From an uncultured Candidatus Nemicrothrix sp. (lineage in GTDB: Bacteria > Actinomycetota > Acidimicrobiia > Acidimicrobiales > Aldehydirespiratoraceae): 64,000 nucleotides of DNA. The stretch lies in assembly GCA_964504305.1 (NCBI GenBank), contig CAZDEB010000003.1, positions 212,047 through 276,046 of the forward strand, given 5' to 3'. The notes under the pieces were generated by a model. That model ran no database searches and was not told where the DNA came from. It saw nothing but the letters and a program-made list of their open reading frames with translations. The translations under genes and the position numbers were made by a program. Shown here one piece after another: positions 9,626 to 19,000 of this stretch; within the stretch, counting starts at the first letter, position 1, and every line of letters begins with the position of its first letter.

Positions 9626-11704
9626 TCAATCGACTGTGCTCGGCCATTCTTGTTCGCTGGCTGCACCGAGCAGATCCAACATTGTGTCGACATCGTCGAG
9701 CCCGACTGTGGGGTTCATGAACAGCAACCGGAAAACGTTGAGCCCGTCGACGGGCTGGAACCCAATGAGGGCACTGCCATTGCTTTGCAGGACCGCTTTG
9801 GCCCTGGGAGCCAAGCGGTGCAGCCGGTCGTGTGCGGAGTTCGAGAGTTCGGCGAGGTTCAGGGGCCGGAGTTCGGGCGGCACCCAAGTGAGGCAAACGT
9901 TGGTGAACGAGCCGGCGTTGACCGCCGCGAACTGTCCGTTGCTAGCAGCGACTCTGGAGCGCAGATGGTCGGCGAGGTCGACGCCATGTTCGACCCGTTC
10001 GGCAAATCCGGTGTCGCCTCGGGCTTTCCATGTGAGCCACAGCTTCAAAATATCGACTCGGCGCGCACACATGAAACCGTTATCGCCCGCATCGAGTTCG
10101 CCGTGTTGTTTGTCGGGCTGAAACAGATAGTCGGCGTTGGTCGAAAAGGAGTCGCGCAACAGAGCAGGGTCGGCGACCAGCAGGGCGGTGCACTGTTGGG
10201 TGATGCCCATCATTTTGTGAAGGTTCCACACCACAGAGTCGGCCCGTTCGACACCGGCCAATCGGTGCCGTTCTCGCGGCGAGAACAACGCCGACCCGCC
10301 GTAGCAGCCGTCGACGTGCAGCCAGATGTTGTGTCGTGAGCAAATATCGGCGATTGCGTCGAGCGGGTCGAAGGCCCCGGTGACGGTGGTCCCCGCAGTG
10401 GCAACAACGGCGATAGGGGGAGCCGAGGGATCGACCGCGGCCTCCAGGGCATCGACTCGCATCGTGCCATCGGCGTTGGTCGGGATCGAGATCACATTGT
10501 TGCGACCGATTCCCATCATCGCGGCCGACTTTTCTACCGAGTAGTGGCCTTGATCGCTCACCAGAATCTTTGGTGGAGGCCCAACCCAACCCGATAGCAC
10601 CGAGTTGGGATCGTGGCGATGACGGGCCAGTTGCAAGGCGTGGAGGGTGGCCAGCGAACCGCCGGCGCAAAAGATCCCCGGCACCGTCGTGTCCGCAGGG
10701 GCGAAGCCGACCAGTCGGGCCAGCTTGTCGAGAACCGCTCGTTCCATCAAGGTGAACACCGGCGCGGCCTCGAACGTTGCGCTGGTCGTGTTGAGGGCCG
10801 CCGCCGCCCAGTCACCGACGACCGCTAGTGGGTCCGGACCGGCGAAGTTCTGGTTGACGAAGCGGCGGTGGCTGGTGTGGACCGACCGCTCGAAGACCGT
10901 CGCCACTGCGTGGAGGAGTTCGCCGGCGCCGTGAGCGGGTTCGGTCTCTTCGAAGTCCAGCGGCACCGATCGATCAAAGTCGGAAATGATCTGCTCGGGG
11001 CTGGCGAAACGAACAACGTCGTCAGGCCCCACTGGGGGGTTGGTGAGGTAGGCGAGGGCGAGGTCGGCAATCGAAGTGACCGGATCGATGATCGGTGCGG
11101 TCCGAAAGCTCAAGAGGTCGAGGCCATGTCTGTTCATCAACTCGTCGACCAGCGGGAGCGGCAACCCGATCACGTTGGTGACCGATCCGGAGACCTGGTC
11201 GGCAAAGAGGCTGGCGGCGCCTTGCAGGCCGTAGGCGCCCGCTTTGTCACCGGCCTCGCCGGTGCGGGTGTACCAATCACGGCGCTCGTCGTCCAGCTCG
11301 GCCATCGCCACGTCGGAGGTCTCGACGGCCGTGTGAACCGTGGTCGAGTCGGCGTCATCGGTCCTCGCGACCGCTACGCCGGTCATCACCTGATGGGTTC
11401 GTCCTTCGAGCGATTGGAGGATTCTGGCGGCGTGTTCAGGGTCGTCGGGCTTGCCGAGAATCTCGCCGTCGCACACCACCGAGGTATCGGCGGCGATAAC
11501 CACCGTTCGAGGGCGGGCCGCGCTCGCGGCCTTTTCTCGGGCCAGTCGTTCGACGTAATCAGCCGCCGCTTCCGCGGGTCGGGGAGTTTCGTCTATGTCG
11601 GCTGGCTCGACTCGAGGGTGCAAGCCAAGGCGGCCGAGCAGTTGGCGTCGACGGGGTGAAGCCGACGCCAGTACCAGCTCGTATTCGAGTTCGTATTCGG
11701 GCAC
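9626..11704 (-). CDS. maf: Fusion: Maf nucleoside-triphosphate pyrophosphatase + group II PLP-dependent decarboxylase (GAD/CSAD-like)
   Basis: N-terminus LASASPRRRQLL, IAADT, KP, DKAGAYGLQ, NVIGLP (Maf) continues without stop into FVNQNFAG, TAGTTVTGAFDPL, WLHVDGCYGG, NLHKMMG (PLP lysine). GTG start at 11704 preferred. Confidence 0.8.
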   Translation of the reverse strand: MPEYELEYELVLASASPRRRQLLGRLGLHPRVEPADIDETPRPAEAAADYVERLAREKAASAARPRTVVIAADTSVVCDGEILGKPDDPEHAARILQSLEGRTHQVMTGVAVARTDDADSTTVHTAVETSDVAMAELDDERRDWYTRTGEAGDKAGAYGLQGAASLFADQVSGSVTNVIGLPLPLVDELMNRHGLDLLSFRTAPIIDPVTSIADLALAYLTNPPVGPDDVVRFASPEQIISDFDRSVPLDFEETEPAHGAGELLHAVATVFERSVHTSHRRFVNQNFAGPDPLAVVGDWAAAALNTTSATFEAAPVFTLMERAVLDKLARLVGFAPADTTVPGIFCAGGSLATLHALQLARHRHDPNSVLSGWVGPPPKILVSDQGHYSVEKSAAMMGIGRNNVISIPTNADGTMRVDALEAAVDPSAPPIAVVATAGTTVTGAFDPLDAIADICSRHNIWLHVDGCYGGSALFSPRERHRLAGVERADSVVWNLHKMMGITQQCTALLVADPALLRDSFSTNADYLFQPDKQHGELDAGDNGFMCARRVDILKLWLTWKARGDTGFAERVEHGVDLADHLRSRVAASNGQFAAVNAGSFTNVCLTWVPPELRPLNLAELSNSAHDRLHRLAPRAKAVLQSNGSALIGFQPVDGLNVFRLLFMNPTVGLDDVDTMLDLLGAASEQEWPSTVD

Positions 11705-11773
11705 TTCGAGAGTCTGACACTTCGTGCGGGCCGCGCCACCCCACGGCCAAAGCAACGGCGTACTCTGGGCGCC

Positions 11774-12988
11774 ATCGACTCCACCGAATCATCCCCCGAA
11801 GCGCCGGTCGAGCTGCCGCCCGAGTCCGACGAAGAGATCGAGCCCGACAGCTTCCTCTCGAAGACTGGCTTTCTCCGTTCTGGTAGCGAAGCTCAAGATC
11901 TGCCGCGTGCCGCGCCCGGACCGGCGTTTGCCGACGACTACGCCGACCGCGAAGCTCACCGGTTCTTTGCGGTTCTGGCCGCTGGCCGCGAGCTCGAGCA
12001 TTTCGATGACCCTGTCGAACACGTCCGTGCGAACGGACTGATGATTCTGTATTCGGAGATCGCCGCCGACGCGTTCGAGACTTTTCTGGCCCGCATGTCA
12101 CCGGCCAAAGTCGACGTGTGGCGCGACCTGATAGCTGGAGGAGCTCGCTCCGAAGCGTTTGGACCGCTGACCCTTCAAGAACGCCTTGACGAACGTTCGG
12201 TCGAACACGCCCTCGTCGCCGGTCGCAAGCAGCGCGTGATCAACCTCGTCGTCGCCGCTTTGGTGGTCTTGGTGGTTGGCGGCGGTCTCGCCGCTGGATG
12301 GCGCACGCTTTCCAATCGTGATCAACGTACTCGTGGTGCGCTGCAGTTCTCACAAACCGACGAAACCCCAGCCGAAGCCGCGGTGCTGGGCGGTCCGCCG
12401 GTGGTCGAACCGGCCCTGACTGTCGCTTTGTCCGAGACAGTGGCAGTGCTCGCCGGCAACGAGCCGCTGGCCGATCGGGTCACCGATGCCGCGTTCTCGA
12501 CCTTTGCGTTCCCGCCCGGCGCTCTCGGGGCTTCGCTGTTCGAGTACGCCGGCACCGGTCATGTAGTAATCGTGGGGCCGGTGGGGTTCAGCGATCTTGC
12601 ATGTCTGCGAGTGAGCGTGGTGACCTCCGATCTGCGACCGCTCGACACCGTTACCCACGGCCCTTGCTCCGAACCGGTTGGGCGGCCGGCAGTGGTGGGG
12701 TGTGCGGGCCCGTCAGCGATTCTTCTGGGCCTCGACATCGCGTCGGGAGAGGTCGACTTGCCAGAAGGTGGCACCGGGTTTGCCGACGCGGTCAGGCTGC
12801 AGATGATCGGCGACCGGCCCGACGAATACGAGGTGTTGACAGTTCGCGGCACGATCAGCGTCGATCCCGATGCCGGTATTGTGATCCCCCGTTTTGGGGG
12901 AGCGACCGGCGAACAAATCACCTTCGACATTGGTTCGGGGCGCTCCGGCACGTGCACCCTTACCGGCAACATTTCTGGCAATAACTGA
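11774..12988 (+). CDS. Hypothetical single-pass membrane protein with acidic N-terminus; probable non-canonical start
   Basis: Frame of ORF 12041..12988 is open back to 11660 with GC3-rich, protein-like codons from about 11765; one hydrophobic segment (VINLVVAALVVLVVGGGLAAGW). Start uncertain (ATC 11774, CTG 11765 or ATG 12041). Confidence 0.6.
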   Translation: MDSTESSPEAPVELPPESDEEIEPDSFLSKTGFLRSGSEAQDLPRAAPGPAFADDYADREAHRFFAVLAAGRELEHFDDPVEHVRANGLMILYSEIAADAFETFLARMSPAKVDVWRDLIAGGARSEAFGPLTLQERLDERSVEHALVAGRKQRVINLVVAALVVLVVGGGLAAGWRTLSNRDQRTRGALQFSQTDETPAEAAVLGGPPVVEPALTVALSETVAVLAGNEPLADRVTDAAFSTFAFPPGALGASLFEYAGTGHVVIVGPVGFSDLACLRVSVVTSDLRPLDTVTHGPCSEPVGRPAVVGCAGPSAILLGLDIASGEVDLPEGGTGFADAVRLQMIGDRPDEYEVLTVRGTISVDPDAGIVIPRFGGATGEQITFDIGSGRSGTCTLTGNISGNN

Positions 12989-13698
12989 TGTGTGGTCGCT
13001 TTGTATCGGCTACGCCGCCTGATCAACTGGCCAAGTACTTTGGCGCCGAAATGGCGTCGGAGACTTTGATCGAACGGCCAGCCAACTTCAACGTCGCCCC
13101 GACCCAGGGCGTCTACACGGTCTACGAGGATGGCGCGACCCGCCGGCTCGACACCTTTCATTGGGGTCTGGTGCCATTTTGGGCGAAGGATCCCAAAATC
13201 GGCAGCCGCATGATCAACGCCAGAGCCGAAACGATTGCCGAGAAGAACTCGTTCAAACGCCCGTTTGCCCGAAGGCGTTGCATCATCCCGGCCGACGGTT
13301 TCTACGAATGGAAAAAGGTCGAGGGCCAAAAGAAGAAACAGCCGATGTACATGTCTCGTCCCGACGGCGAACCATTTGCCTTCGCCGGGCTCTGGGAAGT
13401 GTGGCGAGACAAGAACAATCTCGACGCAAACGGCGAGCCGCTCGAACTGTTTAGCTGCACGATTATCACCGGCAATCCCAACGAACGGGTAGCCGAGGTC
13501 CACGACCGAATGCCCGTGATGTTGTCGCCCGACGCTTGGGACCAGTGGCTCGACCGTGACAACCACGACACCAACTCTTTGCAGCAACTGCTGGTGCCCG
13601 CTCCGGCCCATCTGATCCGTCTGCACCCGGTGTCGACCGAAGTCAACAACGTCCGCAACAACTCGCCAGAACTAACCGACGAGTTCAGCGAAGGCTGA
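12988..13698 (+). CDS. SOS response-associated peptidase (SRAP/YedK/HMCES family)
   Basis: Starts MCGRF (catalytic Cys2), FNVAP, INARAET, GFYEW, AFAGLW, HDRMP. Confidence 0.93.
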   Translation: MCGRFVSATPPDQLAKYFGAEMASETLIERPANFNVAPTQGVYTVYEDGATRRLDTFHWGLVPFWAKDPKIGSRMINARAETIAEKNSFKRPFARRRCIIPADGFYEWKKVEGQKKKQPMYMSRPDGEPFAFAGLWEVWRDKNNLDANGEPLELFSCTIITGNPNERVAEVHDRMPVMLSPDAWDQWLDRDNHDTNSLQQLLVPAPAHLIRLHPVSTEVNNVRNNSPELTDEFSEG

Positions 13699-14086
13699 GT
13701 ATCGAAGCGATCTGATCGGCCAGCCCGTCGAGGTCGTGTGGATCGGGAGATGGGTCGGCTTGGCCGAAGTCGAGGGCGGCCATCGAATTCATGGGCACCA
13801 CATGAACATGAACGTGCGGAACTTCGAACCCGGCGATCAGCAAGCCGATGCGGGCCGGGTTGAGGAGTTGTTTTTGAGCCCGTCCGATCGAGTGGGCCAC
13901 CCCAACTAGGTGACTAGCGGTGTCGACATCGAGATCGGTCCACTGGTCGACCTCGGTGCGCGGCACGACAAGCACATGGCCCCGGGCCAGCGGCCGGACG
14001 TCGAGGAACGCGACGCACACGTCGTCGGTCCACACAAACCGTCCGGGAATCTCGCCATCGATGATGCGGGTGAAGATAGAAGGCAC
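13685..14086 (-). CDS. HIT family hydrolase
   Basis: SIFTRIIDGEIP, PLARGHVLVVP, EVPHVHVHVVP histidine triad. Confidence 0.92.
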   Translation of the reverse strand: MPSIFTRIIDGEIPGRFVWTDDVCVAFLDVRPLARGHVLVVPRTEVDQWTDLDVDTASHLVGVAHSIGRAQKQLLNPARIGLLIAGFEVPHVHVHVVPMNSMAALDFGQADPSPDPHDLDGLADQIASILSLR

Positions 14087-14109
14087 GCAACGATCGTAGG
14101 CTGCAATTG

Positions 14110-14724
14110 ATGACCGACGACAACAAGCCGCGCCAACGACAGGTCGGAGTATTCGAGGACCGGATCCTCACGGTCCCGAACCTCATTTCGCTGGCCCGTC
14201 TCGCTTGCATTCCATGGTTTCTCTGGTTGTTGTTCTCCGCCGAGAATCGTTGGGCGGCCGCATGGCTTTGGGGGTTCGTCGGCGCCACCGACTGGGTCGA
14301 CGGATGGTGGGCCCGCAAGTTCAACGTGGTGAGCGAATTCGGCAAGCTGATCGATCCTGTAACCGACCGGGCAGTGCTCATCACCGGGATTCTCGCAGTC
14401 GGTGTCGATGGTTCGGTGCCGTGGTGGCTGGTTGTGGTCACCCTCCTTCGCGAGGTGTTGGTTGCGTTGGCGGGGATTGGGCTGGGTGCATTGGGTGCTC
14501 GCCGAATAGACGTCACCTGGTGGGGGAAGTGCGCCACGTTTGGTCTCTATTTCGCGTTTCCGTTCCTGCTGGCCGGCGCCAGCACCAATGTGAGCGCCGA
14601 CTGGTTCCGGGTCGCCGGCTGGCTCGTCGCGGTGCCGTCGCTGATCTACAGCTACTTGTCGGCGGCCCAGTACATCCCGCTGGCGCGTATCGCACTCCGC
14701 GAAGGACGTCTCGATAAGAGCTAG
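14110..14724 (+). CDS. CDP-alcohol phosphatidyltransferase (PgsA2/cardiolipin synthase-like)
   Basis: TVPNLISLARL, DWVDGWWARKFNVVSEFGKLIDPVTD signature; sits in the conserved pgsA2-gcvH-garA neighbourhood. Confidence 0.9.
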   Translation: MTDDNKPRQRQVGVFEDRILTVPNLISLARLACIPWFLWLLFSAENRWAAAWLWGFVGATDWVDGWWARKFNVVSEFGKLIDPVTDRAVLITGILAVGVDGSVPWWLVVVTLLREVLVALAGIGLGALGARRIDVTWWGKCATFGLYFAFPFLLAGASTNVSADWFRVAGWLVAVPSLIYSYLSAAQYIPLARIALREGRLDKS

Positions 14725-14729
14725 GTTCG

Positions 14730-17252
14730 ATGGACATGAAGGCTGTGATCATGGCGGGCGGCGAGGGAACTCGTCTCCGGCCCCTCACCTCAAACGTGCC
14801 CAAGCCGATGATGCCCTTGGCCAACCGGCCGATGATGGAGCACATTGTCGACCTCTTGAAGCGTCACGGGTTCGACGAGATCGTCGTGACTGTTGCGTTT
14901 ATGGCAAACCAAATCCGTGACTGGTTCGGGGATGGGTCGGACTTCGGCGTAAGCATGGTGTACGCCACCGAAGAAACTCCGCTGGGCACCGCTGGTTCGG
15001 TGCGAAACGCGATGTCCGAACTAACCGAGCCGTTTCTGGTGATTTCGGGCGATGTCCTAACCGACATCGACCTGACCCAGATCGTCGAGTTTCACGAAGC
15101 GAACAACGCAACGGCCACGATCGGGCTTATCCGGGTTGACGATCCTCTCGAATTCGGGATCGTGATCACCCGCGAAGACGGCTCGATCGAACGGTTTCTC
15201 GAAAAGCCCGGCTGGGGTCAGGTGTTTTCCGACACCATCAACACCGGCATTTTTGTACTCGAGCCGGAGATATTCGACTACATCGAACCCGACCGTCCCG
15301 TCGACTTTTCCAGCGAGGTGTTCCCGGCGCTTTTGGCCGACAACAAACGCCTGTTTGGCGCAGTTGGCGAAGGCTATTGGGAAGACGTCGGAACGCTCGA
15401 GAGCTATCTCAACGCCCACACCGACATCCTTGATGGTCGGGTGAGTGCTCGCATCGATGGTTTCGATCGGGGCAACTCGATGTACATCGGAGAGAACGTT
15501 TCGATCGATCCGAGCGCGGTGATCACCGGGCCAGGGGTCATCGGCGACAACTGTCGAATCGAGGCGGGCGCCAACATCGGGCCGTATTCGGTTCTGGGCG
15601 CCAACGTCAGGGTCCGTTCGGAGGTGAACACCGAACGGGTGGTCGTGGCCGACAATGCTTATCTTGCCGAGGCGGTCGGGCTGCGAGGCGCGTCCATTGG
15701 CCGAGGCTGCGACCTTCGCAAAGGGGTCAAGGTCGACGAGGGTGCGGTGATCGGCGACGAGTGTTTCATCGGCGAAGAAGCTCAGGTGAGTGCCGGGGTA
15801 AAGATCTATCCGTTCAAGACCATCGAGGCTGGGGCGATCGTCAACTCGTCGATAGTTTGGGAGTCTCGAGGGGCTCGTAGTCTTTTTGGTCGGGTCGGCG
15901 TCAAGGGTTTGGCCAATGTCGACATAACCCCCGAGCTTGTCACCCGACTGGCGCTGGCCTACGGCACGACCCTCAAGCCTGGCGACGTCGTAATCACCAG
16001 TCGAGATTCGAGTCGCTCGGCGCGCATGCTCAAGCGGGCCGTACACGCCGGGCTCAACGCGGCCGGAATCTCGGTCCAAGATCTAGAAGTCGCCCCGTTG
16101 CCGGTTACTCGCTTCATAACCCGTCGTCCCGCGGTGGCGGGGGCGGTGGCTTTGCGTCTCGACGAATCCGACCCGCAATCGGTGATCATCGGGTTCATGG
16201 ATTCCCACGGCGCCGACATGTCCGAGGACGCCCATCGCAAAATCGAGCGAGTGTTCAACCGCGAGGATTATCGCCGAGTAGTGCCAACCGAGATCGGCGA
16301 CATCGACTATGCGCCTCGTGCCCTTGAGCATTACGCCACGGCCATCGAATCCATGGTCGACCTCGTCCAGATTCGTAAGGCGCGCATCAAGCTGGTAGCC
16401 GACTACGGCTACGGAGCGGTGTCGTTCATCATGCCGAATTTGTTGGCCAAGTTGGGCGCCGAGGTCTTGGCCATCAACCCTTACGCCTCTACTTCAGGAG
16501 CCGCAGGCTTTGATCGGTTGGCCCATGCCAACGATGTCGCGAGCCACGTCGCGGCCGCCGGCGCGGCTCTGGGCGTGGTGTTCACCCCCGGAGGCGAACA
16601 GATCACCGTCGTGGACGACAAGGCTCGGGTATTGAGCGACGATCAACTATTGCTGGCCCTGATTTCGTTGCAAGGCGAGTCGCTTGATGGCGCCCGCGTC
16701 GCGCTCCCGATCTCGGCGACCCAGCATGCTGCGGCGTTGGCCGAACAGCGCGGAGGATCGGTAGTCCTCACCCAAACAGCACCAGCATCGATCATGGCCG
16801 CGGCGTCTGACCCGTTCGTGAGGCTCGCCGCCGACCCTTCTGGCCGTTACAGCATGCCGGCGTTCATGCCGACCTTCGACGCCACCGCAACGTTCGTGAG
16901 CCTGCTCGATTCTTTGGCATCGAGCGACGTTGCACTCTCAGAAGTCGTCGACTCGTTGCCGTCGGTTCATATGCATGTCGAGGTGGTCGTGACCCCATGG
17001 GAGCAAAAGGGCATGGTGATGCGGACATTGGTCGAACGCTCCCACGATCATCAGGTCGATCTGGTCGACGGGGTGCGAATCCATCACGGCGATGGCTGGG
17101 CGTTGATCCTGCCCGATCCCGAGGAGCCTCTCACCCGTGTTATCGCCGAGGGCGCCGACGATGCCTCGGCGCTTCGACTGGCATCGGAGTACGTGCGCCG
17201 GATCGAACAGTTGGTCCGAGTTGACCACCATGGTCGCGCTCCAACCTTGTAG
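14730..17252 (+). CDS. Mannose-1-phosphate guanylyltransferase + hexapeptide repeats + phosphomannomutase-like domain
   Basis: MAGGEGTRLRPLT, PKPMMP, EETPLGTAG, EKP, YWEDVG; LFGRVGVKG starts a phosphohexomutase-like region. Confidence 0.88.
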   Translation: MDMKAVIMAGGEGTRLRPLTSNVPKPMMPLANRPMMEHIVDLLKRHGFDEIVVTVAFMANQIRDWFGDGSDFGVSMVYATEETPLGTAGSVRNAMSELTEPFLVISGDVLTDIDLTQIVEFHEANNATATIGLIRVDDPLEFGIVITREDGSIERFLEKPGWGQVFSDTINTGIFVLEPEIFDYIEPDRPVDFSSEVFPALLADNKRLFGAVGEGYWEDVGTLESYLNAHTDILDGRVSARIDGFDRGNSMYIGENVSIDPSAVITGPGVIGDNCRIEAGANIGPYSVLGANVRVRSEVNTERVVVADNAYLAEAVGLRGASIGRGCDLRKGVKVDEGAVIGDECFIGEEAQVSAGVKIYPFKTIEAGAIVNSSIVWESRGARSLFGRVGVKGLANVDITPELVTRLALAYGTTLKPGDVVITSRDSSRSARMLKRAVHAGLNAAGISVQDLEVAPLPVTRFITRRPAVAGAVALRLDESDPQSVIIGFMDSHGADMSEDAHRKIERVFNREDYRRVVPTEIGDIDYAPRALEHYATAIESMVDLVQIRKARIKLVADYGYGAVSFIMPNLLAKLGAEVLAINPYASTSGAAGFDRLAHANDVASHVAAAGAALGVVFTPGGEQITVVDDKARVLSDDQLLLALISLQGESLDGARVALPISATQHAAALAEQRGGSVVLTQTAPASIMAAASDPFVRLAADPSGRYSMPAFMPTFDATATFVSLLDSLASSDVALSEVVDSLPSVHMHVEVVVTPWEQKGMVMRTLVERSHDHQVDLVDGVRIHHGDGWALILPDPEEPLTRVIAEGADDASALRLASEYVRRIEQLVRVDHHGRAPTL

Positions 17253-17270
17253 ATCGGTTAGGTTCAGGGA

Positions 17271-17651
17271 ATGAACACTCCCGAAGAACTCCGCTACTCA
17301 TCTGACCACGAATGGGTTCGCGTCGAAGGCCAGACTGCCACTATCGGCATAACCGATTATGCCCAAGATGCCTTGGGCGACGTCGTGTATGTCGACCTGC
17401 CAGAGGTTGGTACCGAGCTAGCCGCGGGCGACTCCTTCGGCGAGGTCGAATCGACAAAATCGGTTTCCGAGCTGTACTCACCGGTCGCCGGCACCGTGGC
17501 CGCCGTCAACAACGATCTCGCTGATGCCCCCGAGAAGCTCAACTCCGACCCGTACGGCGATGGTTGGATTTGTCGGGTGACGATGTCGAGCGGCGACGAT
17601 GTCGAGCAGCTCCTTGATGCCGCGGCCTATACCGCACTTATCGACGGGTAG
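17271..17651 (+). CDS. gcvH: Glycine cleavage system H protein
   Basis: YSSDHEWV, GITDYAQDALGDVVYV, VESTKSVS (lipoyl Lys), NSDPYGDGW. Confidence 0.96.
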   Translation: MNTPEELRYSSDHEWVRVEGQTATIGITDYAQDALGDVVYVDLPEVGTELAAGDSFGEVESTKSVSELYSPVAGTVAAVNNDLADAPEKLNSDPYGDGWICRVTMSSGDDVEQLLDAAAYTALIDG

Positions 17652-17655
17652 GGGC

Positions 17656-18126
17656 ATGGACGATCTGTCGTGCCCGTCTTGTGGCCACCTGAACGCTGCG
17701 GAAGCCAACTTCTGCTCGTCGTGTGGGGCACTGACGCGGCGCGATGATGTCACCACCGAATCGGCCGCAATCGTGGTCGAAGGATCCGAGTTGGGCGAGA
17801 TCGACCGCTCGGCTTTCGGCCCTCACGACGGGCTTTTTGTTGTGATACAAGGGGCCAAGACCGGTGCCCGTTACGCCCTGGACGCCGATCTCGTCTCGGT
17901 CGGACGTCATCCCCGTAGCGACATCTTTCTTGACGACATCACGGTGTCACGTCGCCACGCCGAAGTTCGTCGTGACGGAGCGCGGTATTCGGTTCGCGAT
18001 GCCGGATCGCTCAATGGCACCTATGTAAACCGTTCACGGACCGAAGAGTGCGAGTTGGCCGACGGAGACGAGTTGCAGATCGGCAAATTCAAGCTCGTCT
18101 TTGCCTATGGCACCGGCAGTGTCTGA
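17656..18126 (+). CDS. garA: Zinc-ribbon + FHA domain protein (GarA/OdhI-like)
   Basis: CPSC...CSSC ribbon, DVTTES phospho-acceptor-like motif, GRHPRSDIFLDDITVSRRHA, DAGSLNGTYVN, QIGKFKL. Confidence 0.85.
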   Translation: MDDLSCPSCGHLNAAEANFCSSCGALTRRDDVTTESAAIVVEGSELGEIDRSAFGPHDGLFVVIQGAKTGARYALDADLVSVGRHPRSDIFLDDITVSRRHAEVRRDGARYSVRDAGSLNGTYVNRSRTEECELADGDELQIGKFKLVFAYGTGSV

Positions 18127-18127
18127 G

Positions 18128-19000
18128 ATGCCCGACGCGCCGCACCATTCCATTGGCGAAGTTCTTTCGTTGCTCAAGGAAGAACATGCCGATATCACGA
18201 TTGCCAAAATCAGGTTCCTGGAGAGCCAGGGGCTGATCGAACCCGAACGAACGCCGTCGGGTTACCGTAAATTTTACGACACTGATATCGAGAGGCTGCG
18301 TTGGATCCTGTCGCAGCAGCGCGACAACTTCTTGCCGCTAAAGGTCATAAAGAGACGGCTTGGCGAAGCCGGATTCGACCCCGCGTCCGAAGCAGTTCCA
18401 CGGGACCCAGATCCGGTGCCCGAGCCCAGCTTGTTCAGCCACCGAGACGAGCAGCCGGACCCGGCGGTGCAAAGCACGCACGATCCCTCGTCTGCTTCGG
18501 CCAAAGAGGCTCCCGGCGAGAAGACCGAGGCCTTGGTCGATTTACGCGAGACCGACGTCTCGGCCCCAACGGCATCACCACCGCCCTCGCCCCCGTCATC
18601 GTCGCCCCCACCCATCGTCGGGTCGGTGAGTCTCACGCTCAGCGAGTTGGCCGAGGCGGCCGGTGTCGACATCGGGTTTCTTGGAGAGCTCGAAAAACTC
18701 GGCTTGATCGAGGCCATGGCCACTGGCACCGGCAAGGTGTTCGACCACGAGGCCCTCTTGGTCGCCAAAGCCTCGGAACGGTTCCGGCGGGTGGGCCTCG
18801 AGGCGCGCCATCTTCGGATGTTCAAAGTCGCGGCCGACCGAGAGACCGGCGTTCTGGATCAGCTCGTCGGACACAAAATTCGTCGCGGCGGGGCCACCCA
18901 ACAAGAGGGCTTCGTAGAGCTCTCCGAGTTGGTCGATCTTGGTCAACAAATCCGTTTGTCGATTCTTCGCCGCAATCTTGGTGCTCCTCTCGATGGCTGA
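18128..19000 (+). CDS. MerR-family regulator (Rv1828/FtsR-like)
   Basis: SIGEVL...KIRFLESQGLIEPERTPSGYRKF...LPLKVIK; C-terminal LEARHLRMFKVAADRE; syntenic after garA. Confidence 0.88.
   Translation: MPDAPHHSIGEVLSLLKEEHADITIAKIRFLESQGLIEPERTPSGYRKFYDTDIERLRWILSQQRDNFLPLKVIKRRLGEAGFDPASEAVPRDPDPVPEPSLFSHRDEQPDPAVQSTHDPSSASAKEAPGEKTEALVDLRETDVSAPTASPPPSPPSSSPPPIVGSVSLTLSELAEAAGVDIGFLGELEKLGLIEAMATGTGKVFDHEALLVAKASERFRRVGLEARHLRMFKVAADRETGVLDQLVGHKIRRGGATQQEGFVELSELVDLGQQIRLSILRRNLGAPLDG

Noticed and set aside
11669-11698. 12-nt duplication at Maf N-terminus (EYEL-EYEL)
   Set aside because: Two imperfect copies only; trivial slippage with no evident function.
11789-12022. 77-aa minus-strand ORF (and 11724..12041 plus-strand ORF)
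   Set aside because: Shadow of the better-biased plus-strand frame that runs into ORF 12041..12988.
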